Part shown: one piece after another, positions 38,910 through 49,041 of the stretch | Position numbering within the stretch: position 1 is the first letter of the stretch | Layout: every line of letters begins with the position of its first letter | Source of the DNA: Patescibacteria group bacterium | GTDB lineage: Bacteria > Patescibacteriota > Patescibacteriia > UBA1558 > UBA10009 | DNA: 64,000 bases | Reading direction: 5' to 3' | Assembly: GCA_041662565.1 (NCBI GenBank) | Contig: JBAZSE010000001.1 | Location: 1,084-65,083, forward strand | Program-made: the position numbers and the translations under genes | The notes under the pieces: generated by a model | The model's database searches: none | Told to the model about the DNA's origin: nothing | The model's input: only the letters and a program-made list of their open reading frames with translations

Positions 38910-39451
38910 GATAAAAGTTTTAAAAAGTTAAGCCCTAAAAGCCCGCAATCGGTATCGGTTAGGTTTCCAGTTAGGAGATGTTTTTTAAATTGTGAAATTG
39001 TCATTTTAATAACTTCAGCAAATTCGTTTTGCTCCAGATTTTGCTCGGCTATTTTTTTACAATCAGTGGCGATAAAATTATATTTAATTCGGCTGGAGTA
39101 GGCGCATTGATAACTTTTTTGGATTAACTTGAAGTTTCCGGCATAACCTGTTTCCTCAAGTAATTCCCGTTTAATTGCTTGTACTGGGGTTTCATTTTTA
39201 TCAACTGCCCCTCCTGGTAATTCTAATAAGGTTTTTTCTGGGCCAGGGCGAAATTGTTTGACTAAAATGACTTGCTTGTTTTTGGTAACTGCCAGCACGC
39301 AAACCGTGCGGTGCTCGTCTTTAATTTCAAAATCAGCCAGGCGGCCATTGGGCAGTTTAAAAGTTTTAACAATCATCTTGCGATATTGCCCATGAACAAC
39401 TTTCTTTTCTTTGATTTTCTGCCATTTTTTAATGGTAGTTGTCTGTGTCAT
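38906..39451 (-). CDS. NUDIX hydrolase.
   Basis: Nudix box 'GGAVDKNETPVQAIKRELLEETGY'. It overlaps rluD by 4 nt. Confidence 0.75.
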   Translation of the reverse strand: MTQTTTIKKWQKIKEKKVVHGQYRKMIVKTFKLPNGRLADFEIKDEHRTVCVLAVTKNKQVILVKQFRPGPEKTLLELPGGAVDKNETPVQAIKRELLEETGYAGNFKLIQKSYQCAYSSRIKYNFIATDCKKIAEQNLEQNEFAEVIKMTISQFKKHLLTGNLTDTDCGLLGLNFLKLLS

Positions 39452-39571
39452 TAACCTTAAAATAGCATAATTTAAGGAAAAGAAAAAGCCGAGGGTTGAA
39501 CCTCGTCTTTTTCATATATCGAGCTAAGCTCGATGGTGTCGCGCTTAGCGCGACTTCCACCACGCTAAGCG

Positions 39572-39648
39572 TGGTGGACGCACGTGGACTTGAACCACGG
39601 ACCTTCACAATGTCAATGTGACGCTCTAACCAGCTGAGCTATGCGTCC
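39572..39648 (-). tRNA. tRNA-Val (anticodon GAC). Its 3' trailer carries the same pair of GCUUAGC/GCUAAGC hairpins as tRNA-Ala(CGC).
   Basis: Revcomp ggacgcatagctcagctggttagagc...tcacattgacattgtga...ggttcaagtccacgtgcgtccacca. Confidence 0.8.
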
Positions 39649-39717
39649 GTTTTAATTCTTTGCCTATTCTATTATAAAAGATGTTTTATGGCAAGTGTTT
39701 AGTTGTTTCTTTAAAAA

Positions 39718-39794
39718 TGGTGCGCCCAGATGGACTTGAACCATCGACTCCCGAATTATAAGTCCGGTGCTCTAACCAACTGAGCTATGGGCGC
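39718..39794 (-). tRNA. tRNA-Ile with anticodon TAT (UAU). This is unusual, since most bacteria decode AUA with lysidine-modified CAU.
   Basis: Acceptor gcgccca/tgggcgc. Anticodon stem ccgga/ttcgg (one G-U pair) with loop cttataa. T-arm gatggttcaagtccatc. Confidence 0.65.
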
Positions 39795-39919
39795 TTGTTA
39801 TGGCTTGTGCCCCCTGTCTCGCATAAGACGAACAATAGCGAGGCTTTGTGCGGAGTAACCAACTGCTTGCCCCGTAAAATTGAGCGGAGCGAAGTTTCTA
39901 CGGGGAGCTATGCATCCCC

Positions 39920-39950
39920 GATTTCCACCTTATTATAGCCAAAAACCGTT
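39920..39950 (-). promoter_or_regulatory. Candidate sigma70 promoter (TTGATT, 16-nt spacer, TATAAT on the minus strand). It drives a structured ~120-nt leader and then the tRNA-Ile/tRNA-Val operon.
   Basis: Hexamers read on the reverse complement. The leader carries the hairpins ccccgta...tacgggg and gggga...tcccc. Confidence 0.35.
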
Positions 39951-39966
39951 TAAAATCAAAGAGGCC

Positions 39967-41097
39967 TTAAATAATTTGGGCTTTTATTGTCTCCAAGATG
40001 ATTTTTTCCGCTTGATCAATGCCCAAATCCAAAACAACAATAGCATTGTTTTTATCGCCAGTTGGATTAAATTGCTTAATTAATCCCAGGGCATTGGTTA
40101 AATTTTGTGTATGTAAAATCACTTTGGTTTGGTTTAAGCCAAGCTGATAAAATAAAATAATAATTTGTGAAAGCGGGCTGGAGGCGATTAGCTCTTCAAT
40201 AACTCCGGCAATGTCTTTTTCGGTGGCGCCGGATTCGGTAAAATCATGCAGATCCAATTTTGACCAGACAATTTTAGAACCCGCGTCCGCTTGCAAGCGC
40301 CCTAAAATTTTACCCCACAGTTTTAAAGTAGCAATGGTTTTGGTTTGATATAAGTGAGTGACAATTTCTTTGCGGTTGGCGCCTAAATTAATAAGTTCGC
40401 CGGCAACTTTTAAAGCGGCCGGATTAACCTGATTGGTTTTAAAAGATTTGGTTTTACTAATCAGTCCGGCCAGCAAACAAGTGGCCATGGCTTGATCCAG
40501 CAAGGTTGGCTGCCATTCATTAATCAATTGGTAAACAATTTCGGCGGTAGAAGCCCGAGTAACATCAATTAAATTAAAGTGGCCGTACTGTTCGTTAGCC
40601 GGAGAATGATCAATATTAATCACTGGTAATTGGTAAAAAATATCACGGTGAAAATCGTAAAGTTTGCCTAAGCCCTCAAGATCAGGCGTGTCCAAAGCGA
40701 TAATCAAATCAAAAGTAAATCGGCTGTTTTCCAGTTTTACATCATCAGCGTTAAAAACACCGAACTTTGGAGTTAAGTGAATCCTTAAATTATTGCCGGC
40801 AATATCGTAATTTAAGGCCTCAATTCCTGTTTGGGAAATATCCAAATTAATAATGAATTTTTTAAGGCGCTTAACTTCATTTTTAACTTCTTGAACAGCC
40901 GGTAAAAAGCTTAAATTATCGGGTAATTTAAAGCCGTTAATCACCACCTCGGCATTTTTATTGATTTTCTTTAAAAATAAAAAAAGAGCCAAGCAGGAGC
41001 TCAAGCCGTCGCCGGTTGCTTGCTGGCGAGTGGTAATCAAGATTTTCTTGCTTTGAGTAATTTGTTCCCTAATTTGTAAGGCGATATTTTGGGTCAT
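39967..41097 (-). CDS. DHH-family phosphoesterase (paralog of NrnA-like; the DHHA1 motif is degenerate).
   Basis: It has 'ATGDGLSSCLALFL' (DxD-like) and 'NIDHSP'. Its size and layout are similar to the nrnA at 45759. Confidence 0.45.
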   Translation of the reverse strand: MTQNIALQIREQITQSKKILITTRQQATGDGLSSCLALFLFLKKINKNAEVVINGFKLPDNLSFLPAVQEVKNEVKRLKKFIINLDISQTGIEALNYDIAGNNLRIHLTPKFGVFNADDVKLENSRFTFDLIIALDTPDLEGLGKLYDFHRDIFYQLPVINIDHSPANEQYGHFNLIDVTRASTAEIVYQLINEWQPTLLDQAMATCLLAGLISKTKSFKTNQVNPAALKVAGELINLGANRKEIVTHLYQTKTIATLKLWGKILGRLQADAGSKIVWSKLDLHDFTESGATEKDIAGVIEELIASSPLSQIIILFYQLGLNQTKVILHTQNLTNALGLIKQFNPTGDKNNAIVVLDLGIDQAEKIILETIKAQII

Positions 41098-41278
41098 TAT
41101 TGAAGTTTTTTGGGCTTTTTACAACTGTTCAGCATGGATAACTGGTTATTCTAGCGGAAACCTTGGTTAATGTCAAGAAAAGGGGGCTTTATCTGCATTC
41201 AAGGTTTTTTTTGAATTAGCCGAGCTCAGCTCGGCATGGTTGACATTTTGGGCTAATTTTAGTAGTATTTACATTATT

Positions 41279-43303
41279 ATGAATGTAACCGAACTAGCCA
41301 GACGATTAAAAATGACAACCAGCGAGCTTTTGGCCAAATTGCCAGAGCTTGGTTTTGATATTGGCAAAAGAGCTATTAAAGTCAGCCCTGATTTAGTTGA
41401 TAAAATTATTTCCGCCATAGAAGCTGATCGCAAAAAATCCAGCGCCTCGGCTGTTGCGCAGGCAGTTACGGAAATTAAGTTAAGCGATAAAAACGGTTCA
41501 GCAGAGCCAAAAAAGGAATTTACAAAAATCATCAAAATTCCCGAAGTGATTATTGTTAAAGATTTTGCCGAAAAATTGGGTTTATCAGTGGTTAAGGTAA
41601 TTGGTGAGCTGATGAAGAACGGCATCATGACCAGTTTAAACGAAAGGATTGATTTATCTACGGCTACCATCATTGGCGAGGATCTGGGTTTTAAAGTAGA
41701 AGCCATGTCCGAAGATGAAGTTGCCGGAGCGCAGGTGGAAGTTTCTGATCAAAAACTTAAAGAGGTTTTAAAAAATATTAAAAGCGAAAATGCTATTATC
41801 AGGCCGCCGGTGGTGGTGGTCATGGGCCATGTTGATCACGGCAAAACCAAACTCTTGGATGCTATCCGCGAAACCAATATTATTGATCAGGAATCAGGCG
41901 GGATTACCCAGGCCATTGGCGCGTATCAAGCCCAAACCCATGGTCAACTTATTACTTTTTTGGATACGCCCGGACACGAGGCCTTTAAATCCATGCGCAG
42001 CCGAGGTTCCAAAATCGCCGATGTGGCCATTATCGTGGTAGCGGCCGATGACGGGCTTAAACCGCAAACCATGGAGGTTATTGATTTGGTGCAAAAAGAA
42101 CAATTGCCATTTGTGATTGCCATTAATAAAATAGATAAGGAAGGCGCTGATATTGATCGGGTTAAAAAAGAATTATCCGAGATCAATTTGATTCCCGAGG
42201 ATTGGGGCGGAAAAACCATTTGCGTGCCGATCTCGGCCAAAGAAAAAAAAGGCCTAAATGAACTTTTGGATATGGTGTTACTGGTGGCCGATATGGAAGA
42301 TTTAAAATCCGATCCCACGGTTAGGGCAATTGGTACGATTATCGAAGCCCATGTTGATAAAGGCGAAGGCCCGGTGGCAACCGTGTTAATTCAAGCCGGT
42401 ACCCTGCGTCCTGGCGATTTAATCGTAGCCGGGCAAGTGGCCGGTAAAATTCGTCTATTAAGGAATTTTAAAGGTGAAGATGCTCAAGAAGCTTTGCCTT
42501 CCATGCCGGTAAAAATTTTAGGCCTAAGGGAAGTGCCCAGAGTTGGGGATATTTTGGAAGTTACCGATGATAAAAAAATGGTTAAGGAATTGTTAAAAAA
42601 GGCCAGTTATAAAAAAGAGGCCCATGCTCGATTTGTGCAAAATTCAGCAGTTAAAGAAGAAGAGGGCGCAGTTGTACCAACCCTTAATTTGATTATTAAA
42701 GCCGATGTTTTGGGTTCGCAAGAAGCGATCGAAGAATCATTATCCAGGTTTGTTGATCCGGAGGTAAAAGTCAAAGTTATTAAAAAGGGCTTGGGCAATG
42801 TAACTGACGCCGATGTTTTAGCCGCCCAGGCCGGGTTGGCCATTATCGTGGCTTTTAAAGTTAAGAATTTTCCGGGAGTTGAAGAATTGGCCAGAGATAA
42901 AAAAGTAGAGCTAAAATATTACGAGATTATTTATAAATTATTAGAAGATGTTGAAGAACGTTTAAAAACATTATTAAAACCCGAAGTAATTAGAACCGAA
43001 CTCGGGCAAATTCAAATTTTAGCGATTTTTAGGACGGAAAAAAATTCCATGATTGCCGGTGGAAAAATTTTAACCGGTGTTATTAAGCCCAAAACCAAAG
43101 CCAAAGTTATTAGGGCAGGGGAATTTATTACGATGGGTGATTTAACCGAGCTTAGGGCAGGTAAGCAAATTGTTAACGAGGCCCATGCGGGTGAGGAATG
43201 TGGGTTTAAATTTATTGGTGAGCCGATTATTAAAGAGCATGATGTTTTGGAAGTATATCAGGAAGAAATTAAAGAAAGGCAATTGCAGGTTAAACATAGT
43301 TAA
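41279..43303 (+). CDS. infB: Translation initiation factor IF-2. The start is placed at MNVTELARRL, downstream of the ORF-track start.
   Basis: G domain 'VVVVMGHVDHGKTKLLDAIR', 'DTPGHEAF' and 'NKIDK'. Confidence 0.9.
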   Translation: MNVTELARRLKMTTSELLAKLPELGFDIGKRAIKVSPDLVDKIISAIEADRKKSSASAVAQAVTEIKLSDKNGSAEPKKEFTKIIKIPEVIIVKDFAEKLGLSVVKVIGELMKNGIMTSLNERIDLSTATIIGEDLGFKVEAMSEDEVAGAQVEVSDQKLKEVLKNIKSENAIIRPPVVVVMGHVDHGKTKLLDAIRETNIIDQESGGITQAIGAYQAQTHGQLITFLDTPGHEAFKSMRSRGSKIADVAIIVVAADDGLKPQTMEVIDLVQKEQLPFVIAINKIDKEGADIDRVKKELSEINLIPEDWGGKTICVPISAKEKKGLNELLDMVLLVADMEDLKSDPTVRAIGTIIEAHVDKGEGPVATVLIQAGTLRPGDLIVAGQVAGKIRLLRNFKGEDAQEALPSMPVKILGLREVPRVGDILEVTDDKKMVKELLKKASYKKEAHARFVQNSAVKEEEGAVVPTLNLIIKADVLGSQEAIEESLSRFVDPEVKVKVIKKGLGNVTDADVLAAQAGLAIIVAFKVKNFPGVEELARDKKVELKYYEIIYKLLEDVEERLKTLLKPEVIRTELGQIQILAIFRTEKNSMIAGGKILTGVIKPKTKAKVIRAGEFITMGDLTELRAGKQIVNEAHAGEECGFKFIGEPIIKEHDVLEVYQEEIKERQLQVKHS

Positions 43304-43305
43304 TT

Positions 43306-43641
43306 ATGTCACAGCGCGCCGAACAGTTAGCCGAAATTATCCGCCGCGAATTGGATATTTTTTTAATTAAAGAAGCGGAAGTGCCTCGTGATATGTTTAT
43401 TACCATTACCGAAGTGGTGGTAACGGATGATTTGGAAAACTCTTTTATTAAAGCAAGTGTTTTGCCGGTTGATAAATCGGGTACGGCCTTGGCGTTTTTA
43501 AAAAGAAATGCCGGAGCAGCGGCCAGGTATTTAAGCAAACAAATGGTTATGCGCAAAGTGCCCAAGCTGGATTTTAAATTGGATGATTTTGCCTTAAAGC
43601 ATCGTAGCGTGGAGCGGGCATTAAATGAGGAGATTGATTAA
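43306..43641 (+). CDS. rbfA: Ribosome-binding factor A.
   Basis: It begins 'MSQRAEQLAEIIRRELDIFLIKEAEVPRDMFITITEVVVTDDL'. It is 111 aa and immediately follows infB. Confidence 0.85.
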   Translation: MSQRAEQLAEIIRRELDIFLIKEAEVPRDMFITITEVVVTDDLENSFIKASVLPVDKSGTALAFLKRNAGAAARYLSKQMVMRKVPKLDFKLDDFALKHRSVERALNEEID

Positions 43642-43642
43642 A

Positions 43643-43671
43643 CCGTCGAGCTAAGCTCGACGGTTTTTTTA
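43643..43671 (+). terminator. Intrinsic terminator ccgtcgagc-taa-gctcgacgg plus T7 (a GCUAAGC-type hairpin).
   Basis: A perfect 9-bp stem, a tri-loop and a T-run. Confidence 0.75.
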
Positions 43672-43736
43672 TTTAAAGATTTGGTAGGGATATTTTTTTA
43701 ATTGATGTTATTTAAGTTATTTGTTAACATAATGTT

Positions 43737-45626
43737 ATGGAAAGACATTTTTTGGAACAATATAAAATTCAAGATAAGCCCGAAGCCAAGAAAGCTGCAG
43801 AAAAGCAGGTGCAAAGAACAGGCGAAAGAGAAAATTTTCAAGATCGTTCAAAACGCATAGATGCCTACATTGAGCGCTTGGAAAATGTTTTTTTAAATCC
43901 CGATCAACGTGTTCGCAAACGTAATATAGAAATTTTAAAACCAATTATCCATGAAAATGCGATTATTAAAACAGAGGATTTTCCGGAAAGTTATTTTGAT
44001 TATCAAAGAAGGGAATTAATAAACCGAGGCCTGGGCGAGATTGAATTAAACGACGATGAGAAACAGCAAGAAATCGCCCAAGTTCAAGAAGCTCAAGGTA
44101 AAAGTTTAGACGCCTGGATTGACCATCTTTCAAGCGATGATAGTAATTACCCCGCAGATATTAAATATTTTGCCATGCAGGGTATATTAAAAGCCGGAGT
44201 TTTTGATCAAAGCAACTATCGTTTTGAAAAAAGGGTTAAATCCACTACCGCTCCCTTTTATCAAATAGATCATGAAGCCCTTTCTATGACTCTTGGAGCA
44301 CTTAATGCCTGCCATCACAACGGGGATATTTCTCCTTATCCTAAAGAACTTCTTGATCTTATAGAAAAGAGTAAAGATTTTGCCAGTATGTACGCTGTGG
44401 CCATGCGGATTTTGGATCAAGAAGCGGATAAAGATAAGGCGCTGGAAATTACCCAAGGGGAGTGGCGCGTTTTTAAGCAGGGCAGCGATCCGCAGGAACT
44501 TGTTAAGGCCTTTGAGGGCAAGCGGGCGTATTTGTGCTTAGGAAACATCGGCGACGCGACTGGATATCTTAAGCATGGTGATGTACAGGTATATTTTTCT
44601 CACAATCGTGCTGGTCAACCAATTTGGCCGCGGGCAGCTATTGCTCTTAAGCCCGAAACAGGAGTGTATGAAGTGCGAGGCACCTATAATAAAAATGAAG
44701 ATGTAGATCCCGAAATTGCCCAAACCGATATCATCAAAAATCAACTCGCTCTTTTGCCAAACGGAGAATCTTTTGCCAAAAAAGATGCTGATATGAAAAA
44801 AGTTACCGAATTGGTTAAAAAACAGGAACAAGAAGTGCCTTTTACCAAAGACGAAATTCTTTTTTTGTTTGAGGTAAATAATCGGATTGGAGGTTTTGGC
44901 TTTAATGCTGATCCTCGAATCGCCCAGCTGCGCGAAAAAAGGTATTTTAATTTTGAAGATGATATGTCGGCAGTTTTTGGCTGTCCTAAAAGTCAAATTG
45001 CGCAAAATATCAATCAAATTACCGGCAGTACTAAGGTTTTTATCGGTAAATTAAAACCCGGAGTAATTGATAAATTACCCAAAGGCCTGAAACATATCTA
45101 CACTTCTTTTCCAGACCACGAAATACATTTGGAAAATATGCAAATCGGCGGCCACAATAAGGAAGAATTAACAGAGCTGCTGATTAAACGAGCAGGGAAA
45201 ATAATGTTTATTGCTAAAGAAATGATAGATAGTCCTGATTTTGTCACTTCTCAAGATGTTCAAACAATCAAGCTTGTCCGCTTGCGGGTTAAAGATTTAG
45301 GATTTATCGGCCAACCAAATAATGAGCAATTATTACAGCGAGCTAAATTAATGGGCCTGGATTTATGCCCCGCAGAAACCGCGCTCTGGTATTTAATAAA
45401 AAATCCAGATCAATTTTTTAAACGTTCTTTATCTTTTGCAATGAAGCCGATAGAAGACCGTGACAGGCAGAACATTTTTATGATCTCCGTGAGGGAAGGG
45501 CAAGTAAGACTCCTTTTTAATATCGGTAATCCAGAGTATATGCGTGATCTAGAGACCGAGTTTGTTTTTCGCCGTTTTGATAACCAAACCGGAACAAACC
45601 CGTTAACAAAAAAATCTAGCAAATAA
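43737..45626 (+). CDS. Hypothetical 629-aa cytoplasmic protein. No recognisable domain. Host-like GC.
   Basis: A long ORF with coding-like composition. It sits between rbfA and nrnA. Confidence 0.5.
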   Translation: MERHFLEQYKIQDKPEAKKAAEKQVQRTGERENFQDRSKRIDAYIERLENVFLNPDQRVRKRNIEILKPIIHENAIIKTEDFPESYFDYQRRELINRGLGEIELNDDEKQQEIAQVQEAQGKSLDAWIDHLSSDDSNYPADIKYFAMQGILKAGVFDQSNYRFEKRVKSTTAPFYQIDHEALSMTLGALNACHHNGDISPYPKELLDLIEKSKDFASMYAVAMRILDQEADKDKALEITQGEWRVFKQGSDPQELVKAFEGKRAYLCLGNIGDATGYLKHGDVQVYFSHNRAGQPIWPRAAIALKPETGVYEVRGTYNKNEDVDPEIAQTDIIKNQLALLPNGESFAKKDADMKKVTELVKKQEQEVPFTKDEILFLFEVNNRIGGFGFNADPRIAQLREKRYFNFEDDMSAVFGCPKSQIAQNINQITGSTKVFIGKLKPGVIDKLPKGLKHIYTSFPDHEIHLENMQIGGHNKEELTELLIKRAGKIMFIAKEMIDSPDFVTSQDVQTIKLVRLRVKDLGFIGQPNNEQLLQRAKLMGLDLCPAETALWYLIKNPDQFFKRSLSFAMKPIEDRDRQNIFMISVREGQVRLLFNIGNPEYMRDLETEFVFRRFDNQTGTNPLTKKSSK

Positions 45627-45709
45627 GTTTTTTTAAGTTGATTTAGATGGTTAAAGCAGATTAATTAAGTTGCCTTTAAATTAGGGCTTTTTTTGTTGCT
45701 AGGATTATC

Positions 45710-45738
45710 TTGACAAAAATCCATATTGGCATTATAAT
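45710..45738 (+). promoter_or_regulatory. Consensus sigma70 promoter (TTGACA, 17-nt spacer, TATAAT) for nrnA-clpP.
   Basis: Exact hexamers and spacing, 20 nt upstream of the nrnA start. Confidence 0.55.
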
Positions 45739-45758
45739 GCCGTGTTACTTATATATTT

Positions 45759-46727
45759 ATGTTAACCCATTTAGGCGAAATTCAAAAAATTAAAACAGCC
45801 ATTGATGGTGCGCAAAAGATTTTACTGATAGGGCACCAAAAACCAGATGGCGATGCGCTGGGCGCTTTAATTGCTATGGCCTATTTTTTAAAGCAAAATC
45901 GCAAGGATTATGCTCTTTTTTGTTTGGATCAACCCAGTGTGCAATATGAGTTTTTGCCGTTGCTTCACGAAGTGGGCTTTAACCCGAAAATTTTTAAGGA
46001 AAAATTCGATTTGGTTATTGTGTTGGATTCGGGCGATTTAACTTATGCCGGAGTAGACCAATTATTGCCTCAACCAAAAAATTACACCTTAATCAACATT
46101 GATCATCATGCCAGCAATGCTTTTTTTGGTGACATTAATCTGGTTTTGCCTACTTTAAGTTCGGTTTCGGAAATCATTTATCATTTGCTCCGTTTGTGGC
46201 ATTCTCCGATAAATAAAGAAATGGCCACTGCATTGTTAAACGGGGTTATTTTTGATACCGGTTCATTTTCCAATGCCGCTACTTCTTTATCGGTTTTGGA
46301 AGCAAGTTCTCATTTATTAAATTTAGGCGCCAGGCACAAAACCATTAATGATAATATGCTACGAAATAAAAGCTTGGGTTTGTTAAAATTATGGGGCCGG
46401 GCTTTTGAGCGTTTACAATACAATCCCAAATATCATTTGGCTTTTACCATTATTACCGCCCAAGATTTGCTGGATTGCGATGTGGCCACGGATGCCAGCG
46501 TTGGCTTAAGTAATTATTTTAATGAACTGGCCGGTGCTAAAATTATCATGGTTTTAACCGAATTGCCGAACGGTTTTATTAAAGGCAGTTTAAGAACCAC
46601 CCATGATGATGTGGATGTAGCCCAAATGGCCAAGCAATGGGGTGGGGGCGGGCATCGCAAAGCCGCCGGCTTTACTATCCCGGGAAAGCTGGTATATAAT
46701 GAGGGCAAGTGGCAGATAATTGAATAA
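45759..46727 (+). CDS. nrnA: Bifunctional oligoribonuclease/pAp phosphatase NrnA (DHH-DHHA1).
   Basis: It has '[12 protein letters not shown]', 'INIDHHASN' and '[10 protein letters not shown]'. Confidence 0.8.
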   Translation: MLTHLGEIQKIKTAIDGAQKILLIGHQKPDGDALGALIAMAYFLKQNRKDYALFCLDQPSVQYEFLPLLHEVGFNPKIFKEKFDLVIVLDSGDLTYAGVDQLLPQPKNYTLINIDHHASNAFFGDINLVLPTLSSVSEIIYHLLRLWHSPINKEMATALLNGVIFDTGSFSNAATSLSVLEASSHLLNLGARHKTINDNMLRNKSLGLLKLWGRAFERLQYNPKYHLAFTIITAQDLLDCDVATDASVGLSNYFNELAGAKIIMVLTELPNGFIKGSLRTTHDDVDVAQMAKQWGGGGHRKAAGFTIPGKLVYNEGKWQIIE

Positions 46728-46746
46728 TCAAATAATAGGTAAACAT

Positions 46747-47322
46747 ATGCATTTAATTCCTACAGTTATAGAAAAATCAGCTAATGGCGAGCGGGCTTAT
46801 GATATTTACTCTCGCTTGCTTAAGGAGCGGATCATTTTTTTAGGCGATGCCATTGATGAAAATGTGGCCAACATTGTTATTGCCCAATTGTTGTTTTTGG
46901 CTTCTCAAGATGCTAAAAAAGATATCACTCTATACATTAATTCGCCGGGCGGTTCGGTTACCGACGGGTTGGCTATTTACGATACCATGCAATATATTAA
47001 GCCGGATGTTTCCACGATCTGCGTGGGCATGGCGGCCAGCATGGGGGCCTTGCTTCTTGCTGCCGGTGCAAAAGGAAAAAGAATGGCTTTGCCCAATTCT
47101 CAAATTTTAATCCATCAGGTGATGGGCGGGGCCGAAGGCCAGGCCTCGGATATTAAAATTAAGGCCGAGCAGATTTTAAAAATCAGAGATAATTTGAATA
47201 AAATAATGAGTAAGCATACGGGCCAAAGATTGGATAAGGTAGAAAAAGATACGGATAGGGATTATTACATGACGGCAGATGAGGCCTTGAAGTATGGTCT
47301 TATTGACAAAGTGGTCAAATAG
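46747..47322 (+). CDS. clpP: ATP-dependent Clp protease proteolytic subunit. The start is placed at MHLIPTV.
   Basis: It has '[30 protein letters not shown]' and '[14 protein letters not shown]' (Ser nucleophile region). Confidence 0.9.
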   Translation: MHLIPTVIEKSANGERAYDIYSRLLKERIIFLGDAIDENVANIVIAQLLFLASQDAKKDITLYINSPGGSVTDGLAIYDTMQYIKPDVSTICVGMAASMGALLLAAGAKGKRMALPNSQILIHQVMGGAEGQASDIKIKAEQILKIRDNLNKIMSKHTGQRLDKVEKDTDRDYYMTADEALKYGLIDKVVK

Positions 47323-47388
47323 GTCTATAATAATACCTTTAGATCATTTCACGTCATCTTTCTTCAATCAAACAAATAAGGAGCAGAA

Positions 47389-47982
47389 ATGCTTCAGGTC
47401 ATCATGGCGTTGGCTTTTATGGTCAGCGCGTTTGTGCAATCTTCTGAAGCTCAAACTTCAGATAATGCCATCTTCGGCAATTACGCTGGAGCTGGATTGC
47501 ACCGCTTGTATCATATCTACCCGACGTCTTATATAGACGGAGGTCACATCTGCGCCGGCATGGATACTACGGTAGGGCTCGGACGTGATGGCTGGATCGC
47601 CAAGATCGATGAAAACGGCAAGATCCAGTGGGAACGTTCTTATGGTGGAGTCAGGAACGACTACCTGAAGTTTGTCGCCATCTGCGACGACACCTCAGGT
47701 AAACCTACTGGTTATGTGGCAACCGGACTTACTCGTTCGTTTTCAGTCGACGAGATCGGCAAGATTTGGCTCATTAGGGTTGATCTTGATGGCAATGAGC
47801 TTTGGTCCAAGTCATATGACTTACCTGGCGAGGCCAGTGGCGTTTCTTGTGCCTATACTGGCCAGGGTTGGATAATCCTTGGGAAGTATCTTAAGTTTCC
47901 AGGTTCTAAAATCTGGATTACCGTCATGATTGAGGTAGATGAAAACGGGAAATTGCTCAACAGAAAGAGCTGGTCCCGTTAA
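47389..47982 (+). CDS. Secreted 197-aa protein with beta-propeller-like 'D-x-NG-x-W' repeats, in GC-rich island 2.
   Basis: It has a signal peptide 'MLQVIMALAFMVSAFVQSSEA'. Its repeats include 'DENGKIQWERSYGG' and 'DLDGNELWSKSYD'. An RBS AAGGAG is present. GC is elevated. Confidence 0.45.
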   Translation: MLQVIMALAFMVSAFVQSSEAQTSDNAIFGNYAGAGLHRLYHIYPTSYIDGGHICAGMDTTVGLGRDGWIAKIDENGKIQWERSYGGVRNDYLKFVAICDDTSGKPTGYVATGLTRSFSVDEIGKIWLIRVDLDGNELWSKSYDLPGEASGVSCAYTGQGWIILGKYLKFPGSKIWITVMIEVDENGKLLNRKSWSR

Positions 47983-48044
47983 ACGTCATTTCTTCGATTG
48001 AACATTGGGGGCTTGCGCATTCGTGTGCGAGCCTCTCTTTTTAT

Positions 48045-48300
48045 TTGACAACATTTTTACTTTTGCTATAATGAATTTACTTTGAAAATTTAGAGCAGTT
48101 ATCAAGAGCGCTATCTGTTAAGGGCACTGACCCGATGATAGCCGACAACCCGCCTCCGCTTACAGCTTCGGCGGGCAAGCCCCCTCTCTAGGTTTTTGAG
48201 AAAGGCATGCCCGACGTAGCGCAAAGCGCGAAGTAGGGTGCCAATTTCAGCCCAATCGGGGAAGATAATATAAAATAATAAACTCTTGCTCAAGAGTTTT
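48045..48300 (+). ncRNA. Candidate structured RNA/leader. A consensus promoter (TTGACA, 16-nt spacer, TATAAT at 48045-48072) is followed by a ~200-nt GC-rich structured region. An intrinsic terminator (aactcttgctcaagagtt plus T-run, ~48270-48300) follows. The region lies upstream of a small Cys-rich ORF.
   Basis: Promoter hexamers, internal hairpins (cgcctccgc...gcggcgggc, gcgc-aaa-gcgc) and the terminator are read directly. It matches no riboswitch family I can recognise. Confidence 0.35.
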
Positions 48301-48397
48301 TTTGTTTTTAAACGCCAGCCGGCCTTCCCAAGAAGTCCGGTTTTTGTTTAAGTACAAATTAATTCAATTTTTCATTCATCATCAATGGAGGAAGAAA

Positions 48398-48673
48398 ATG
48401 CCCAGAAGGCAAATTACCGTGACGGCTGTTCAGCCCATTGATCTGTCGGTCGGTCAGTTCGTTTCCTGTTACAATCAACCCACAGGCGGTGCGGTTGTAT
48501 TTAGAGATGGACAACCCATCTGCACCTGTGGCGAACCAATTGTTTGCATGAAAAGCGCGACCGATCCAGGTTCGGCAGTGGCTTGTTTGAGCATCAAACT
48601 GCACGAGGAGCAAAGTGCTACGATGCCTGACTATCAGCCGGATTGTCGTCGCCCTCTTCATTCACATTCATAG
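48398..48673 (+). CDS. Small (91 aa) Cys-containing hypothetical protein (MPRRQITVTAVQP...), followed by a strong terminator at 48690-48721.
   Basis: RBS ggagg 7 nt upstream. The terminator is ccccgaattcacaaaattcgggg plus T9. Confidence 0.4.
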   Translation: MPRRQITVTAVQPIDLSVGQFVSCYNQPTGGAVVFRDGQPICTCGEPIVCMKSATDPGSAVACLSIKLHEEQSATMPDYQPDCRRPLHSHS

Positions 48674-49041
48674 GAAGAATATTCCTATACCCCGAATTCA
48701 CAAAATTCGGGGATTTTTTTTTGCTAAAAATTCTACTTGACTTATGCTTCAATATATGGTAAACTCTATTTACTAAATTATTAAAGATCAAGATTTTGGC
48801 AGTTGCTATTAAGAGATAGCTTGAGTAGTTTAGTGAAAGATAGCGATCAGTTGTCTTCAATAAATTTTGACTTAAATTCACTCAAACGGATGAGTAAAAA
48901 TCAGACTTATCAATTAACGCTTCAGAATTTCTCGCAAGCGCTAACAGGTTTTAACCAAACCGGTCTTATTTTATTCTTCTAAAATTCTCTTCATAATAAA
49001 AAGCAACTTTCAATATTTTGGCTGAAAAAGGATAACAGAGT

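Noticed and set aside
41269-42843. Antisense ORFs of 69-145 aa opposite infB. Similar antisense or internal ORFs occur at 777-1031, 3022-4363, 8524-8793, 11581-11946, 24852-25331, 49107-49808 and 52238-53956.
   Set aside because: They are fully embedded in, and antisense to, long well-supported genes. They have low-complexity or hydrophobic translations typical of shadow ORFs.
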